Under the pieces are notes generated by a model. The model had not been told where the DNA came from, did no database searches, and saw only the letters and a program-made list of their open reading frames with translations. A DNA stretch of 63,461 nucleotides, the filler included, from Chiloscyllium plagiosum (taxonomy: Eukaryota): assembly GCF_004010195.1 (NCBI RefSeq). It is 4 parts of one record of this genome, joined end to end, with 100 filler letters (N's around TTAATTAATTAA, not from the genome) between each part and the next. Parts side by side here need not be neighbours in the genome. Positions count along the whole stretch, not along the records: positions 58,065 to 63,461 come from NC_057711.1; 3 more parts are not named here. One strand, 5' to 3'. Below, in pieces: positions 62,916 to 63,461 of this stretch. How positions within the stretch are numbered: the stretch's first letter is position 1; each line of letters begins with the position of its first letter. The position numbers were made by a program, and so were the translations under genes.

Positions 62916-63418
62916 ATAGAACATAGAACATAGAACAATACAACACAGAACAGGCCCTTCGGCCCACGATGTTGTGCCGAACATTTGTCCTAGCTAAAGC
63001 ACCCATCCATGTACCTATCCAATTGCTGCTTAAAGGTCACCAATGATTCTGACTCTGCCACTCCCACAGGCAGCGCATTCCATGCCCCCACCACTCTCTG
63101 GGTAAAGAACCCACCCCTGACATCTCCCCTATACCTTCCACCCTTCACCGTAAATTTATGTCCCCTTGTAACACTCTATTGTACCCGGGGAAAAAGTTTC
63201 TGACCGTCTACTCTATCTATTCCTCTGATCATCTTAAAAACCTCTATCAAGTCACCCCTCATCCTTCGCCGTTCCAACGAGAAAAGGCCGAGAACTCTCA
63301 ACCTAGCCTCGTACGACTTCCTCTCCATTCCAGGCAACATCCTGGTAAATCTTCTCTGAACCCTCTCCAAAGCTTCCACATCTTTCCTAAAGTGAGGCAA
63401 CCATAACTGCATACAGTT
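62916..63418 (-). mobile_element. CR1 LINE 3' fragment with a (GTTCTAT)n tail
   Basis: ORF 63176-63424 KDVEALERVQRRFTRMLPG. Confidence 0.9.
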
Positions 63419-63461
63419 CATCATGTGGTTGTGTTCTATAACGTCCTTTTGGGAAGGAAAC

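Noticed and set aside
1..63461. CRISPR array or prokaryotic defence system
   Set aside because: No regularly spaced repeats and no operon-like ORFs. The DNA is vertebrate intron sequence, and the recurring ~130-bp units are dispersed with TSDs.

Overview
This is eukaryotic, repeat-dense intronic DNA, almost certainly from a shark or other cartilaginous fish: it carries HE1-type SINEs and shark-type CR1 LINEs. The assembly has one ordinary N gap and three 100-nt gaps containing a TTAATTAATTAA linker. The only host gene visible is four consecutive in-frame coding exons (+ strand: 7827-7903, 9116-9252, 22555-22610, 26001-26148) of an M1 aminopeptidase most like laeverin/aminopeptidase Q. No further exon was recognisable in the remaining ~37 kb. 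The rest is mostly nested, decayed retroelements: many CR1 LINE fragments, a LINE with a tRNA-like head plus its head+tail SINE derivative, HE1-type SINEs, Gypsy elements (one Gmr1-like), a solo LTR and Penelope-like elements (PLEs). Three observations stand out. (1) About a dozen short PLE-terminus insertions carry a minimal hammerhead ribozyme core; several are fold-back pairs with 11-15 bp target-site duplications (TSDs). (2) An apparently ORF1-less LINE starts with Pol III A/B boxes. (3) A ~265-bp, ~99% identical inverted duplication of flanking DNA sits at a PLE 5' junction. Repeat boundaries are by eye and approximate; all family assignments come from motif recognition, not database searches.
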